Below are positions 33,676-43,275 of a stretch of DNA of 64,000 nucleotides, in pieces. The notes under the pieces are model-generated. The model was not told where the DNA came from. It searched no databases and saw nothing but the letters and a program-made list of their open reading frames with translations. The position numbers and the translations under genes are program-made. Position 1 is the stretch's first letter; each line of letters opens with the position of its first letter. This DNA comes from an uncultured delta proteobacterium (GTDB taxonomy: Bacteria; Desulfobacterota; Binatia; HRBIN30; BPIQ01): contig CAVXGR010000017.1 in NCBI GenBank assembly GCA_963761335.1, forward strand, positions 1 to 64,000, given 5' to 3'.

Positions 33676-34419
33676 CTACCCGCGGTCGGCGCGCCGGCCG
33701 AACTGTTGCAGCGACCAGACGTAGCCCTGCTCGTTGACGGCGCGCAGGGCGACGACGCTGTAGGCCGCCAGCGGCGTCTCGAAGCGGATCCACTCCCAGG
33801 GAACGGAGTCGATGCCGAGCAGCTGCGTGAGGGCGACGCTGTTGGTGCCACCGTGGGCGACGACGCCGATGCGCAGGGTATGGCCGCGGGCGGGCGCCGA
33901 CCAGACCGCAAAGCCGTCGATGGTCTCGCAGCGAACCCCGTAGTGGCCAAGGATGGTACCGATGCCGCGAGAAACACGCGCGTGGAAGTCGCGAAAGGCC
34001 TCACCACCGGGGAAGCCCTCCCAGAGATCCCGAAAGGGCCGGCGCGCTGCGGCCATGAAGTAGGAGTCGACCTCCGTCTGCGAGGCGTTGCGCATCGACG
34101 GCACGCCGATCTCCGCCAGATCCTGCACCACGCTCACCTCCGCTCCCTGTGCCTCGGCGAGCGCCGCGGCGGTCTCCCGCGCCCTTTGCAGAGGGCTCGA
34201 GTAGAGCGCCGCCAGCGGCTGCTGGTGCAGGTGCTCGGCCAGAGCCGTGGCCTGCCGGCGGCCGAGCGACGTCAGCCCCGGATCGCTGCCGCTTCGCCGC
34301 GCCGCTTGCCAATCGGGCTCGGCGTGGCGGATCAGCACCAGCTCGAGCGGCAGATCGGTGCGCGCGCGGCGCTCGCGCTCCTCGAGACTCACTGCCCGTG
34401 GTTCGCTGGAGTCGGCCAT
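33676..34419 (-). CDS. Histidine phosphatase (phosphoglycerate mutase family)
   Basis: LIRHAE, SSPLQRARETA, VAHGG. Confidence 0.87.
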   Translation of the reverse strand: MADSSEPRAVSLEERERRARTDLPLELVLIRHAEPDWQAARRSGSDPGLTSLGRRQATALAEHLHQQPLAALYSSPLQRARETAAALAEAQGAEVSVVQDLAEIGVPSMRNASQTEVDSYFMAAARRPFRDLWEGFPGGEAFRDFHARVSRGIGTILGHYGVRCETIDGFAVWSAPARGHTLRIGVVAHGGTNSVALTQLLGIDSVPWEWIRFETPLAAYSVVALRAVNEQGYVWSLQQFGRRADRG

Positions 34420-34574
34420 GAGCGCATGATCCTACGCATCACCGGGTTGTGCAACGACAGAGCCCGGGAGCGCGGCCATCCTGACCGCCGATGGCCTTGC
34501 GAAAAAGACGGCGGCCGAGATGGCCGCGCTCCCACCTCTTGCGTCTGCGCCTCCGTCGGATAGGTTGCGCGGTC

Positions 34575-35696
34575 ATGGGAGCACTTGCGGGAATCAAAGT
34601 GATCGAAATGGCCGGGCTGGCACCGGCGCCGTACTGCGGTCTGATCCTGGCGGATTTCGGCGCCGACGTGGTTCGCGTCGATCGGCCGGGAGCCGGTTCG
34701 ATGGATCAGCTCGCCCGCGGCAAGCGGTCGGTGGCGGTGAACCTCAAGGACCCGCGGGGCGTCGAGGCGGTGTTGCGGCTGGCCGAGAAGGCCGACGTGC
34801 TGATCGAGCCCTATCGTCCCGGTGTCATGGAGCGTCTCGGCCTCGGTCCCGAGATCGCGCGCGTGCGCAATGAGCGGCTGGTCTACGCGCGCCTCACCGG
34901 CTACGGCCAGCAGGGCCCTTACGCCAGCATGGCCGGGCACGATATCAACTACATCGCTATCTCCGGCGCGCTGTCGCTGATCGGCCGCCGCGGCGAGAAG
35001 CCGCTGGCGCCGATCAATCTGCTCGGCGACTTCGCCGGCGGCGGTATGCTCTGCGCTCTCGGCATCGCCCTGGCTCTGGTAGAGCGGTCGAGCTCCGGCA
35101 GGGGGCAGGTGGTCGACGCTGCCATGGTCGACGGAGCCGCCCACCTGTGCAGCTTCATCTACAAGTTCCGCGCCGCCGGCTTCTGGAAGGACGAGCGCGG
35201 CACCAACATGCTCGATTCGGGCGCGCCCTTCTACGACACGTATGCCACAAGCGATGGCAAGTACGTCTCCGTGGGTGCCATCGAGCCGCAGTTCTACGCT
35301 GCCTTGCTGAAGGGGCTCGGCATCGATCCGGCGACCATGCCGCACCAGCTCGATCAGACGCAGTGGGCGGCGACGGCGCACAAGTTCGCCGAGGTCTTCG
35401 CGACGCGCAGGCGCGATGAGTGGGCGGCGATCTTCGACGGCACCGATGCGTGCGTTGCCCCCGTCCTCGAGCTGGATGAGACGGCGCGCCACCCGCACAA
35501 CGCGTCTCGCGGCACTCTGCTGGTCGGCAAGGACGGGCATGCCGAGCCGGCGCCGGCGCCGCGCCTGTCGCGCACGCCGGGAGAAGCGGGCGCGGCGATG
35601 CCGCAGCCCGGCGAGCACACGGCGGCCGTATTCGCGGAGTTCGGCTTTACCGACTCCGAGATCGAGTCCCTGAAATTGAGCGGCGCCATCGCCTGA
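34575..35696 (+). CDS. CaiB/BaiF CoA-transferase, alpha-methylacyl-CoA racemase-like
   Basis: GLAPAPY, ADFGADV, GHDINY, LGDFAGGG, GAPFYDTY. Confidence 0.92.
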   Translation: MGALAGIKVIEMAGLAPAPYCGLILADFGADVVRVDRPGAGSMDQLARGKRSVAVNLKDPRGVEAVLRLAEKADVLIEPYRPGVMERLGLGPEIARVRNERLVYARLTGYGQQGPYASMAGHDINYIAISGALSLIGRRGEKPLAPINLLGDFAGGGMLCALGIALALVERSSSGRGQVVDAAMVDGAAHLCSFIYKFRAAGFWKDERGTNMLDSGAPFYDTYATSDGKYVSVGAIEPQFYAALLKGLGIDPATMPHQLDQTQWAATAHKFAEVFATRRRDEWAAIFDGTDACVAPVLELDETARHPHNASRGTLLVGKDGHAEPAPAPRLSRTPGEAGAAMPQPGEHTAAVFAEFGFTDSEIESLKLSGAIA

Positions 35697-35732
35697 GAGA
35701 ATCATCTCCTGCGCGGCCGATTCCGGGGGAGT

Positions 35733-37340
35733 TCACCGCTGCCCGCGGTGCACGAGCGAGAGGCCGTAGCGGGCCAGCGGCGGGGGCGTCTGCGCCGTGG
35801 GGCGGCCGCCGAGCACGAAGAGATCGCGCTCGTCGTTGCGGAGCCGTTCGGCGATCTTGCTCCACTCCGAGGGGTCGTCGATCAGAAAGTGGAGGTCGGT
35901 GCGGCCGGCTTGTACCTGAAGAACGTAGCGATAGGTGGTCGACGGCCAGTAGCTCATCAGCAGCATGCTTCCCTGCGGGATGTGCGAGGCGATCTGCGGC
36001 GGCGGGACGGTCGGGGAGGGCGCCGACTGGTCGACGAGCCGGTAGTTTCCGGCGAGCAGGAGGGCTGCGGTGACGACACCCAGGGCGGCGAGGGCGCCGC
36101 GCAGCCGCGCGCCTGCTCCGGGAGGGCCGGCGATGCCGAGCCCGGCGAGAAGCGCCAGGCCCGCGAGTCCCGGAACCGTGAAGGTGAGGCCATCCCAGCG
36201 ATAGTGCCACAGATAGAAGGCGAGGTTGCCGGCGAAGAGGCCGAGTCCGAGCAGAGCCCAGCCCCATCTCGAAGAGCGGCCAGGCTGGCCGCGGTCCCAG
36301 GCGGGGATCTGGAATATCACGCCGAGGGCGGCGAGGAGCAGGCCGCTCAGCGCGATGCTGGTGCCGAAGCCGGCGTCGCGCTGCACCGGGATCTTCGGCG
36401 GGGCGTCGCCGGCGACGATCGCGGCGCCGCTCAACATCCGCGCATATCTCCGCAACCCGACATCGATCTGCGCGGCCGTGGTTCGGGTGAGGTCCTTCTC
36501 GGCCCAGTAGAGCCCGAGACTGTACGAGAGCGCTTTCGACAGGCTCGGCGGCTCTGCATACTCGAGCGCCGCCATCTTCTCGCGGGGATTGATCTGCCTC
36601 AGGAGCACCATGTCGCGCACGTGCAGCAAGGAGGGATCGGCGCGCACGAGATAGTAGCCCATGGAGAAGAAGAACGGCGCCACCAGCAACGTCGCGCCGG
36701 TTCCCAGACGGCGCCAGTCGAGAGTGATCTGCCGCCGGAATGCGAGCCAGAGACCGGCAAAGCCGGGGAGAGCGAAGATCTCGGAAGGCCTTCCGGCGAT
36801 GCACACGCCGACGGCGAGCGCCGCGATGAAGAGCCAGCGGCCGCTGTCGCTGCGCACGAAGCGCGCCGCGGCGTAGACGCCGAGCAGGAGGAACGCCGTG
36901 TGGAACACATAGGCCTCGGCGACCACCGAGTACTGCCAATACATGCTGCTGAAGCCGAGGATCAGCGCCGCCAGCGCCCCGGCGAGAACACTTCCGGTCG
37001 CCAATCGCACCGCGCCGAGAACGGCGAGCGCGCCGGCGACGCCGCAGACGGCCATCATCAGGTTGATGCGCCAGGCGATGTCGCCACCCAGGGGCAGCCA
37101 GCTGAACAGCTTGCCGGCGACCACCTCGATGGCGTAGCCCGGGGAGTGACAGATCCCGAGGACGGCACTCATGTACTGCAGCTCGCCGGTGTCGCCGCCG
37201 CCGACGCCTGGCAGCAGGGTGGCGAGATAGACGCCGCCGAGAACGGCGGCGACCGGCGCCGCCGCGGTGAGCGGCGAACGCCCTTGCGGCCAGGCAGGCC
37301 GCGCTCCCCGGGGTCCTCGGGTGGGTCGCTTGCGGCTCAC
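35733..37340 (-). CDS. DUF2723/TMEM260-like polytopic GT-C membrane protein
   Basis: YLATLLPGVGGGDTGELQ...GICHSPGY...WRINL...SVVAEAY N-terminus; many TM helices; GTG start overlaps the upstream stop. Confidence 0.75.
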   Translation of the reverse strand: MSRKRPTRGPRGARPAWPQGRSPLTAAAPVAAVLGGVYLATLLPGVGGGDTGELQYMSAVLGICHSPGYAIEVVAGKLFSWLPLGGDIAWRINLMMAVCGVAGALAVLGAVRLATGSVLAGALAALILGFSSMYWQYSVVAEAYVFHTAFLLLGVYAAARFVRSDSGRWLFIAALAVGVCIAGRPSEIFALPGFAGLWLAFRRQITLDWRRLGTGATLLVAPFFFSMGYYLVRADPSLLHVRDMVLLRQINPREKMAALEYAEPPSLSKALSYSLGLYWAEKDLTRTTAAQIDVGLRRYARMLSGAAIVAGDAPPKIPVQRDAGFGTSIALSGLLLAALGVIFQIPAWDRGQPGRSSRWGWALLGLGLFAGNLAFYLWHYRWDGLTFTVPGLAGLALLAGLGIAGPPGAGARLRGALAALGVVTAALLLAGNYRLVDQSAPSPTVPPPQIASHIPQGSMLLMSYWPSTTYRYVLQVQAGRTDLHFLIDDPSEWSKIAERLRNDERDLFVLGGRPTAQTPPPLARYGLSLVHRGQR

Positions 37341-38743
37341 TCCGGAGGCACGTCCTGGAAGGCGTCGAGAAGGCCCACCATCGCCTGCCGCACCGCCGCC
37401 TGAATCGCGGGCACGCCCTTGGGGAGGCCACCGTAGACAGCGCCGGTGATCGGCGTCTCGCGCGGCGGGTTCTTGGCGTACTCGACCGCGTCGGCCAGAT
37501 CGCGCCCGAATGCCTCGACCAGCCCGGAGCGCGTCTGCGGGCGGGTGACGCACATGTGCACCGCGTTCGGATGCTGCTGGCCGTTCAGGCGCCAGCCGCG
37601 CTCCTTCATGAAGTCGTTGACGTGGTAGATGTCGAAGACGTCGGAGGTGAACGAGAAGCAGAAGGTGGGCACGCCCATCAGCCGCAGCTCCGGGTGAGAG
37701 CGCACCGCCTTCTGCATTGCGAAGGAGGTCTCGAAGATCTGCTTCGCGTAGCGCATGTAGCCCTCGCGGCCGAGGCTCACCATGGCGGCCCAGGTGGCGG
37801 CCAGTAGGCCGCCGGAGCGGCTGCCGGCGATTCCCGGCGAGATGTACTTGCCGCCCGACCACTCCTGCAGCATGAAGTACAGATACTCGCGCAGAGAGCG
37901 GTCGCGGAAGGCGAGCACCGAGCTGCCCTTGGGCCCGTATCCGAACTTGTGGGTGTCCGCCGAGATGGTGGTGACTCCGGGCAGACGAAAATCGAAGCGC
38001 GGTATGTCGTAGCCGAGCGCCTCCCCCCACGGCAGGATGAAGCCGCCGAGGCAGCCGTCGACGTGCAATCCGATGTCGTGCTTCACCGCCAGCTCCGAGA
38101 GCTGCTCGATCGGGTCGACGGTGCCGTAGCCGTAGTTCCCTGCCGAGCCGACCAGAGCGATGGTATTTGGGCCGATGTGTTGCCCCACGAAGTCGACGTC
38201 GACGCGAGTGGTCACCGGATCGATCGGCGCCTGGACGGTGTCGATGCCGAAGAGGTGGGCTCCCTTGTAGAAGGCGGCGTGCGCTGTCTCTGGCAGAATG
38301 ATCTGCGGCTGGGTGATGCCGCGTTCGGCGCGGTACTTGTCTCGATAGGCGATCAGCGCACTGAGGATGCTCTCGGAGCCGCCCGAGGTGACGGCGCCGC
38401 AGGGGTTCGCCGCCGGCCGCGCCGCATCGGCGTGCAGCATGTCGAGCGTCATGGCGATGATCTCACCCTCGAAGCGCGTGGCGCTCGGGCACATGTCCCG
38501 CTGTAGGGCGTTGACGTGGCAGAAGAGGCCGTACGCCTCGTTGAGGAAGCCGTAGTGCTCGAAGTCGCCGCAGTACATGGTTCCCGAGCACTTGCCGTTG
38601 CTCCAGGTGGCGTCTTCGGCCGACGCCATCTCGTGCAGCTCGCGCAGGATCTCCTCGCGGGGACGGCCCTTCTGCGGCATGGCGCGGTTGACGCCGTATT
38701 GGGCGGCGTACGGATAGTAGTTGCTGAAGCTGCTGTCGGCCAT
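37337..38743 (-). CDS. PLP-dependent sphingosine-1-phosphate lyase-like protein (group II decarboxylase fold)
   Basis: CSGTMY, TSGGSESI, AHAAF, HVDGCLGGF, ADTHKFGYGPKGSS, GSRSG. Confidence 0.85.
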   Translation of the reverse strand: MADSSFSNYYPYAAQYGVNRAMPQKGRPREEILRELHEMASAEDATWSNGKCSGTMYCGDFEHYGFLNEAYGLFCHVNALQRDMCPSATRFEGEIIAMTLDMLHADAARPAANPCGAVTSGGSESILSALIAYRDKYRAERGITQPQIILPETAHAAFYKGAHLFGIDTVQAPIDPVTTRVDVDFVGQHIGPNTIALVGSAGNYGYGTVDPIEQLSELAVKHDIGLHVDGCLGGFILPWGEALGYDIPRFDFRLPGVTTISADTHKFGYGPKGSSVLAFRDRSLREYLYFMLQEWSGGKYISPGIAGSRSGGLLAATWAAMVSLGREGYMRYAKQIFETSFAMQKAVRSHPELRLMGVPTFCFSFTSDVFDIYHVNDFMKERGWRLNGQQHPNAVHMCVTRPQTRSGLVEAFGRDLADAVEYAKNPPRETPITGAVYGGLPKGVPAIQAAVRQAMVGLLDAFQDVPPE

Positions 38744-38812
38744 GATTGTTCCTCTCTATTTTTGTCGGCTCAGCGATGGAGCTTCGCTTTCCGCGCCAGC
38801 CGTCGCCCTTCC

Positions 38813-40378
38813 TCAAAACCCTGTCGGAGGACCGTTCAACGCCTCGTAGATGGGGCGGTTCTGCTCGAAGGCGCGCAGGAACTGCTCGAAGAGGCGGTCG
38901 TAGATGTCGCGCGTACCGGGGCGCGGCTCGAACACCCGCCGTACGGGGCAGATGCGATCGATGTCGTCGAGGCTCACCCGCCCGAGCTGCGCGAAGCCGA
39001 GGAAGGCGACGGCGCGATTGATCACGTGGGGGGAGTGCTCGAGCTGCAGGACGGGTCGGTCGAGCACATCGGCCAGGATCTGCGACCACTCCTCCGAGAG
39101 CGCTGCGCCGCCGGCGAAGCGCAGGTCGGCGAAGTGACTGTCCGTGAAGCGTTCGACCGCAGGCAAGAGCCAGCGCAGGCTGTAGGCGACGCCTTCGAGG
39201 ATGGCGCGCACCATGTGGACGCGCGTCGTTTCCAGCGACAGGTTCAAGAAGCCCCCGCGCATGCTCGAGTTACCGCGCGGCGACTGCGATCCGGCGAGCC
39301 ACGGCAGGAAGATCAAGCCGCCGCTTCCCGGCGGCGCCGCCGCCGCCGCCGCCTCGATGCCGGCGAACGGATCGGCCGAGGAATGGTCGGCGAGCGCGTC
39401 GCGAGCGAAGGCGATCTGGCGGAGGAAGTGGTCCAGAGTCTTGGCCCCGAGACCATTCTCCGCCATGGCGACGTAACGACCCGGAATCGGGCTCGGCATG
39501 CTGACAATCTCGTTCTCGAGGTCCGTTTGCTTGCGGTCGAGGTGAGCGAGAACCTGGCTGGTGGTGCCGATGTTGAGCGCCCCGCGAGCGCCCCGGAAGG
39601 TACCGGTGCCCACGGCCACCGCCTGGGTGTCGTTGGTGCCGGAGAAAACCCGGGTGCGCACCGACAGGCCGAGCTCGGCGGCGATCGGAGCGCGAAGCGG
39701 GCCGAGATCGGTGTGCACGGGCACCAGCGGCGGGAGCTTGTCGTGATCGATCCCCGACATCGCCACCAGCTCCGGGTCGTAATCGATGGCGTCGATGCAG
39801 CGGTTGTCGGTGAGCAGGGTGGTGAAGGCCGTGCACGGGTTGGCGGCGCAGACGCCCGTGAGACGCGCGGCGATGAAATCCCCCGGCTCGAGGAAGCAGA
39901 AGGTGCGCTCGTAGATCTCCGGACGACGGTGCTGAAACCAGAGCATGTGGGAGAGCGAGTCGCCTCCGGAGGGCAGGGGTGGAATACCGTGCACCTCGAG
40001 CCATCTGAGCATTGCCTCCGGCGAGCCGGCGGAGATGGCGCGGGCGTACTCGGCGCCGCGGCGATCCATCCACAGGAGAAGGTTGGCGAGCGGCCGCCCT
40101 TCGCGGTCGACCGGAACTGTCGAGAAGTACTGGCTGGCGAGCGTCACCGCGGCGATGTCGTCGGGCCGCACGGACGCGGCGCCCAGCACCTGGCGCACGC
40201 CGCTGCGGACCGCCGCCCAGATCTCCTCCGGGTCCTGTTCGGCGCCGTGGCCGGGCAACAGGGTCGTCTCGACTGTCCCGGTGGCGGTGGCCGCGAGCCC
40301 GCCGTCCTCGGAAACCAGCGCGATCTTCGGACCGCTGGTGCCGAGATCGATGGAAAGAATGTGGAGTGCGGCGCTCAT
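38813..40378 (-). CDS. FGGY-family carbohydrate kinase (xylulokinase-like)
   Basis: IDLGTSGPK, EQDPEEIW, WMDRR, IGTTS, FLPWLAG, RAILEGVA. Confidence 0.88.
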   Translation of the reverse strand: MSAALHILSIDLGTSGPKIALVSEDGGLAATATGTVETTLLPGHGAEQDPEEIWAAVRSGVRQVLGAASVRPDDIAAVTLASQYFSTVPVDREGRPLANLLLWMDRRGAEYARAISAGSPEAMLRWLEVHGIPPLPSGGDSLSHMLWFQHRRPEIYERTFCFLEPGDFIAARLTGVCAANPCTAFTTLLTDNRCIDAIDYDPELVAMSGIDHDKLPPLVPVHTDLGPLRAPIAAELGLSVRTRVFSGTNDTQAVAVGTGTFRGARGALNIGTTSQVLAHLDRKQTDLENEIVSMPSPIPGRYVAMAENGLGAKTLDHFLRQIAFARDALADHSSADPFAGIEAAAAAAPPGSGGLIFLPWLAGSQSPRGNSSMRGGFLNLSLETTRVHMVRAILEGVAYSLRWLLPAVERFTDSHFADLRFAGGAALSEEWSQILADVLDRPVLQLEHSPHVINRAVAFLGFAQLGRVSLDDIDRICPVRRVFEPRPGTRDIYDRLFEQFLRAFEQNRPIYEALNGPPTGF

Positions 40379-40459
40379 TCGCTCCCTCTTGCGGTTTGCT
40401 CTAGGACAATACCGCCCTTGATGTCACGCGCCAAATCGGGCATCACCCGGCTGTCGCCA

Positions 40460-41533
40460 ATGATCAGCTTCGAACCAACCGATGAAGAGCGCTCGATCGT
40501 CGAGCAGGTGCACCGGTTTGCCGAGCTCGACGTGCGCCCGGCTCTGCGGCAGTGCGAGGAGCAGGGCCTGCCGGACGGGCTGGTGCAGCGCTATCTCTCC
40601 CTGCATTTGACCTCCGCCGACTTCGATGCGGAGGTCGGCGGCCTCGGCCTCTCGTTCGTCGGGCGACTCCTCGTCGAGGAGGAGCTGGCCTGGGGCGATC
40701 CGGGAGTGGCCGCCGCCCTGCCGGGGCCCGGTGCCGCAGCCTTCCTCCTGCGCCACGCGCCCGCATCGGTCCAGCAGCGCTGGTGTGATGTGGCGGCCGA
40801 TGGCCGTACGGCCCTCTTGCTGCCGCGCCGGGGCGATTCCGGGCTGCAGCTGCGCCGTTCCGGCGAGCGCCTGCTGCTCAGCGGTGCCCTCTCTTGGGTA
40901 TCTCATGGGCCTGAGGCCGACCATCTGCTGGCCGTTGCGGAGGGGGAAGAAGGGCCCGTCATCCTCTGGCTCGCGGGGCACGCCTTGCGCAGCGGATTCG
41001 CCCCCGCGGACCAGCGCCTCGGCCTGCGGGCGCTGCCGATCTATACGCTCTCGCTGGAGAGCACTCCCTGCGACTCCGACGCCATCGTCCTCAGCGGTGA
41101 CCCGGCGCGCGCGGCCGTGCGCGCCGCACTCGACCGCGGGCATCTGCTGACCGCGGCACACGCCGTTGGCACCTCCCGTGCCGCCTGCGAATACGCCGGT
41201 CGCTATGCTCTCGAGCGCAAGACCTTCGGCAAGGCCATCGCCGAGCACCAGGCCGTGGCCTTCATGGTTGCCGACATGGCGACCGCGGTGGAGGCGGCGC
41301 GCAGCTTCGTGTGGATGGCTGCGACGCAGCTGGAGGCCGGAACGGCTGCCCCCGCGACGCTGCGCATGGCCGCTGCCCACACCTTCGAGTCGGCTCTCGA
41401 GGTCAGCAGCGCCGCCGTGCAGATTCTTGGCGGACACGGCTACATCCAGGATCACCCGGTGGAGAAGTGGATGCGCGACGCGCGCACCCTCGCCAGCTGG
41501 TGGGAGGGTGTAGGCGGCCCCTGCGACAGCTGA
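40460..41533 (+). CDS. Acyl-CoA dehydrogenase family protein (divergent)
   Basis: EELAWGD, YALERKTFGKAIAEHQAV, AVQILGGHGYIQDHPVEKWMRDAR. Confidence 0.85.
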   Translation: MISFEPTDEERSIVEQVHRFAELDVRPALRQCEEQGLPDGLVQRYLSLHLTSADFDAEVGGLGLSFVGRLLVEEELAWGDPGVAAALPGPGAAAFLLRHAPASVQQRWCDVAADGRTALLLPRRGDSGLQLRRSGERLLLSGALSWVSHGPEADHLLAVAEGEEGPVILWLAGHALRSGFAPADQRLGLRALPIYTLSLESTPCDSDAIVLSGDPARAAVRAALDRGHLLTAAHAVGTSRAACEYAGRYALERKTFGKAIAEHQAVAFMVADMATAVEAARSFVWMAATQLEAGTAAPATLRMAAAHTFESALEVSSAAVQILGGHGYIQDHPVEKWMRDARTLASWWEGVGGPCDS

Positions 41534-41631
41534 GCGCCCCCGGGCGGCGGCTGTCGGGGCCACCGTAATTTCAGAAGTCGATCGAAACAGGCCGACGCAA
41601 GCCCTTGAATACTAGAAGGTTTCCTATCCCC

Positions 41632-41814
41632 TCAGTGCTTGTGCTCGATCTTCTTGCCGTAGCTGACTTCGCCCTTGTCGACCCGCAGGGAGAACCCGCA
41701 GTCAGGGTTGATGCAGACCCAGGCCTTGAAAAGCACGGAGGCCCCTTCCTGGCCGTAGTCCGACAACGGAATCAAGACTCCGTTGTTGCATTTCTGACAT
41801 TTCGGGAACTCCAT
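41632..41814 (-). CDS. 60-aa zinc-ribbon-like small protein
   Basis: Strong SD AAGGAGG; CQKC...CINPDC; own promoter. Confidence 0.8.
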   Translation of the reverse strand: MEFPKCQKCNNGVLIPLSDYGQEGASVLFKAWVCINPDCGFSLRVDKGEVSYGKKIEHKH

Positions 41815-41873
41815 CACCCCCTCCTTTTCCGAGTGCAGCACACTCCGGCTGCTGCTTACCCCCGCGGCACGGA

Positions 41874-41920
41874 ACTCTATCCAATGAGGTGCACCAAATC
41901 AAGACAGAGACAATTGTCTC
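41874..41920 (-). promoter_or_regulatory. sigma70 promoter with upstream perfect palindrome
   Basis: Minus strand TTGATT (41902-41897), 17 nt, TAGAGT (41879-41874); palindrome GAGACAATTGTCTC at 41907-41920. Confidence 0.65.
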
Positions 41921-42000
41921 CCCGATAGCTGTCCCGGCGCGAAAACAACTGGGCGCAGCGCCTACCCGGCTTCGGGTTTTCCCTATCCACCCGTGAAGAA

Positions 42001-42072
42001 TGCCCCCGCCAGGAATCGAACCTGGACTTCAGGTTCCGGAGACCTGCGTGATATCCTTTTCACCACGGGGGC
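42001..42072 (-). tRNA. tRNA-Arg(CCG)
   Basis: Reverse complement GCCCCCG...CAGGT-CTCCGGA-ACCTG...GGTTCGATTCC...CGGGGGCA; no encoded CCA. Confidence 0.92.
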
Positions 42073-42188
42073 TGCACAACCGGAGGATCAGGGGGTAACA
42101 CACGGTGCCGGTATGCGTCAACGCAGCGGCGGCCGGGTTACCATCTGCGGGTGGACCGCAGTGGCCCGTCCTCTTCGGCGGGCGCGAT

Positions 42189-43253
42189 TCAATGGATCGT
42201 CGGCAGCTCCTCGCGGGAGCGAGCTGCCACCTCCTCGACGAGGCGGCGGGCGACCGCGAGGAAGGCCTGCGACTGCGCGTGTGCGGGCTGGGCGGTGACG
42301 ATCGGGGTGCCGGCGTCCCCGGCCTCGCGGATCTCGCGCACCAGCGGAATGTCCCCCAGGAAGGGGATGTCGAACTGCGCCGCCATCGCCTGGCCGCCGC
42401 CGTGGCCGAAGAGGTCGGCGCGGTCGCCGCAGCGCGGGCAGACGTGGAAGCTCATATTCTCGACGACCCCGAGAACCGGGGCGTTGACCTGCTGGAACAT
42501 GGTGATGCCCCGCTTCACATCGAGCAGGGCGACATCCTGCGGTGTGGTGACGATCAGCCCTCCGGAGAGCGGCACTTGCTGGGCGATGGTCAGCTGCGCA
42601 TCGCCCGTACCGGGGGGCAGGTCGAGGACGAGATAATCGAGCTCGCCCCACTCGACATCGCGCAGAAACTGGGTCAGCAGCTTGTTGATCATCGGCCCGC
42701 GCCAGATGATCGGGATGGCCTCGCCGACGAACATGCCCATGGAGATGACCTTGATGCCGTAGCGATCGATGGGAATGATGCGGTTGTCGTCGGTCATCGC
42801 CGGCCGCTCCTTGGTCCCCAGCATCAGCGGCACGCTCGGTCCGTAGACGTCGGCGTCGAGCAGCCCGACGCGATGGCCGAGGGCGTGCAGCGCCAGCGCC
42901 AGGTTGGTCGCCACCGTGGACTTGCCGACACCACCCTTGCCGCTGGCGACGGCGACCACGTGGCGGATACCGGGAATGCCCTGCGGTCCGCCGGCCGCCC
43001 GTCGCTGGGGTGGCTCGGGGGCCTCGATCACGATCTCGACCTCGCTGCCGCTGAAATTCCGCACCGCCTCGGTGACGCGCTCGCGGATCTCCGCGACGAC
43101 GTCGGGCTTCTGGGCAGTGACGGCGAGGGTGACGGTGATGCCGCGGCTGCCGATCTCGATATCGCGTACCATGCCGAAGGAGACGATGTCCCGGGTGAAT
43201 CCCGGGTACTTCACCTTGCGCAACTCGTCGAGAATTTCCTGCGGTGTCGGCAT
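42189..43253 (-). CDS. mrp: Mrp/ApbC/NBP35 Fe-S cluster carrier ATPase
   Basis: SGKGGVGKST, DADVYGPS, WRGPM, DLPPGTGD, ENMS..CPRC. Confidence 0.95.
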   Translation of the reverse strand: MPTPQEILDELRKVKYPGFTRDIVSFGMVRDIEIGSRGITVTLAVTAQKPDVVAEIRERVTEAVRNFSGSEVEIVIEAPEPPQRRAAGGPQGIPGIRHVVAVASGKGGVGKSTVATNLALALHALGHRVGLLDADVYGPSVPLMLGTKERPAMTDDNRIIPIDRYGIKVISMGMFVGEAIPIIWRGPMINKLLTQFLRDVEWGELDYLVLDLPPGTGDAQLTIAQQVPLSGGLIVTTPQDVALLDVKRGITMFQQVNAPVLGVVENMSFHVCPRCGDRADLFGHGGGQAMAAQFDIPFLGDIPLVREIREAGDAGTPIVTAQPAHAQSQAFLAVARRLVEEVAARSREELPTIH

Positions 43254-43275
43254 GCCGATATCTCCGTATGATTGC

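Noticed and set aside
38516..40459. N-terminal 650 aa of the 1005-aa ORF
   Set aside because: Antisense to the FGGY kinase; only the part from about 40460 resembles an acyl-CoA dehydrogenase.
41534..42072. tRNA-Arg as an island integration site
   Set aside because: No integrase, and I found no duplicate of the tRNA 3' end in the window.
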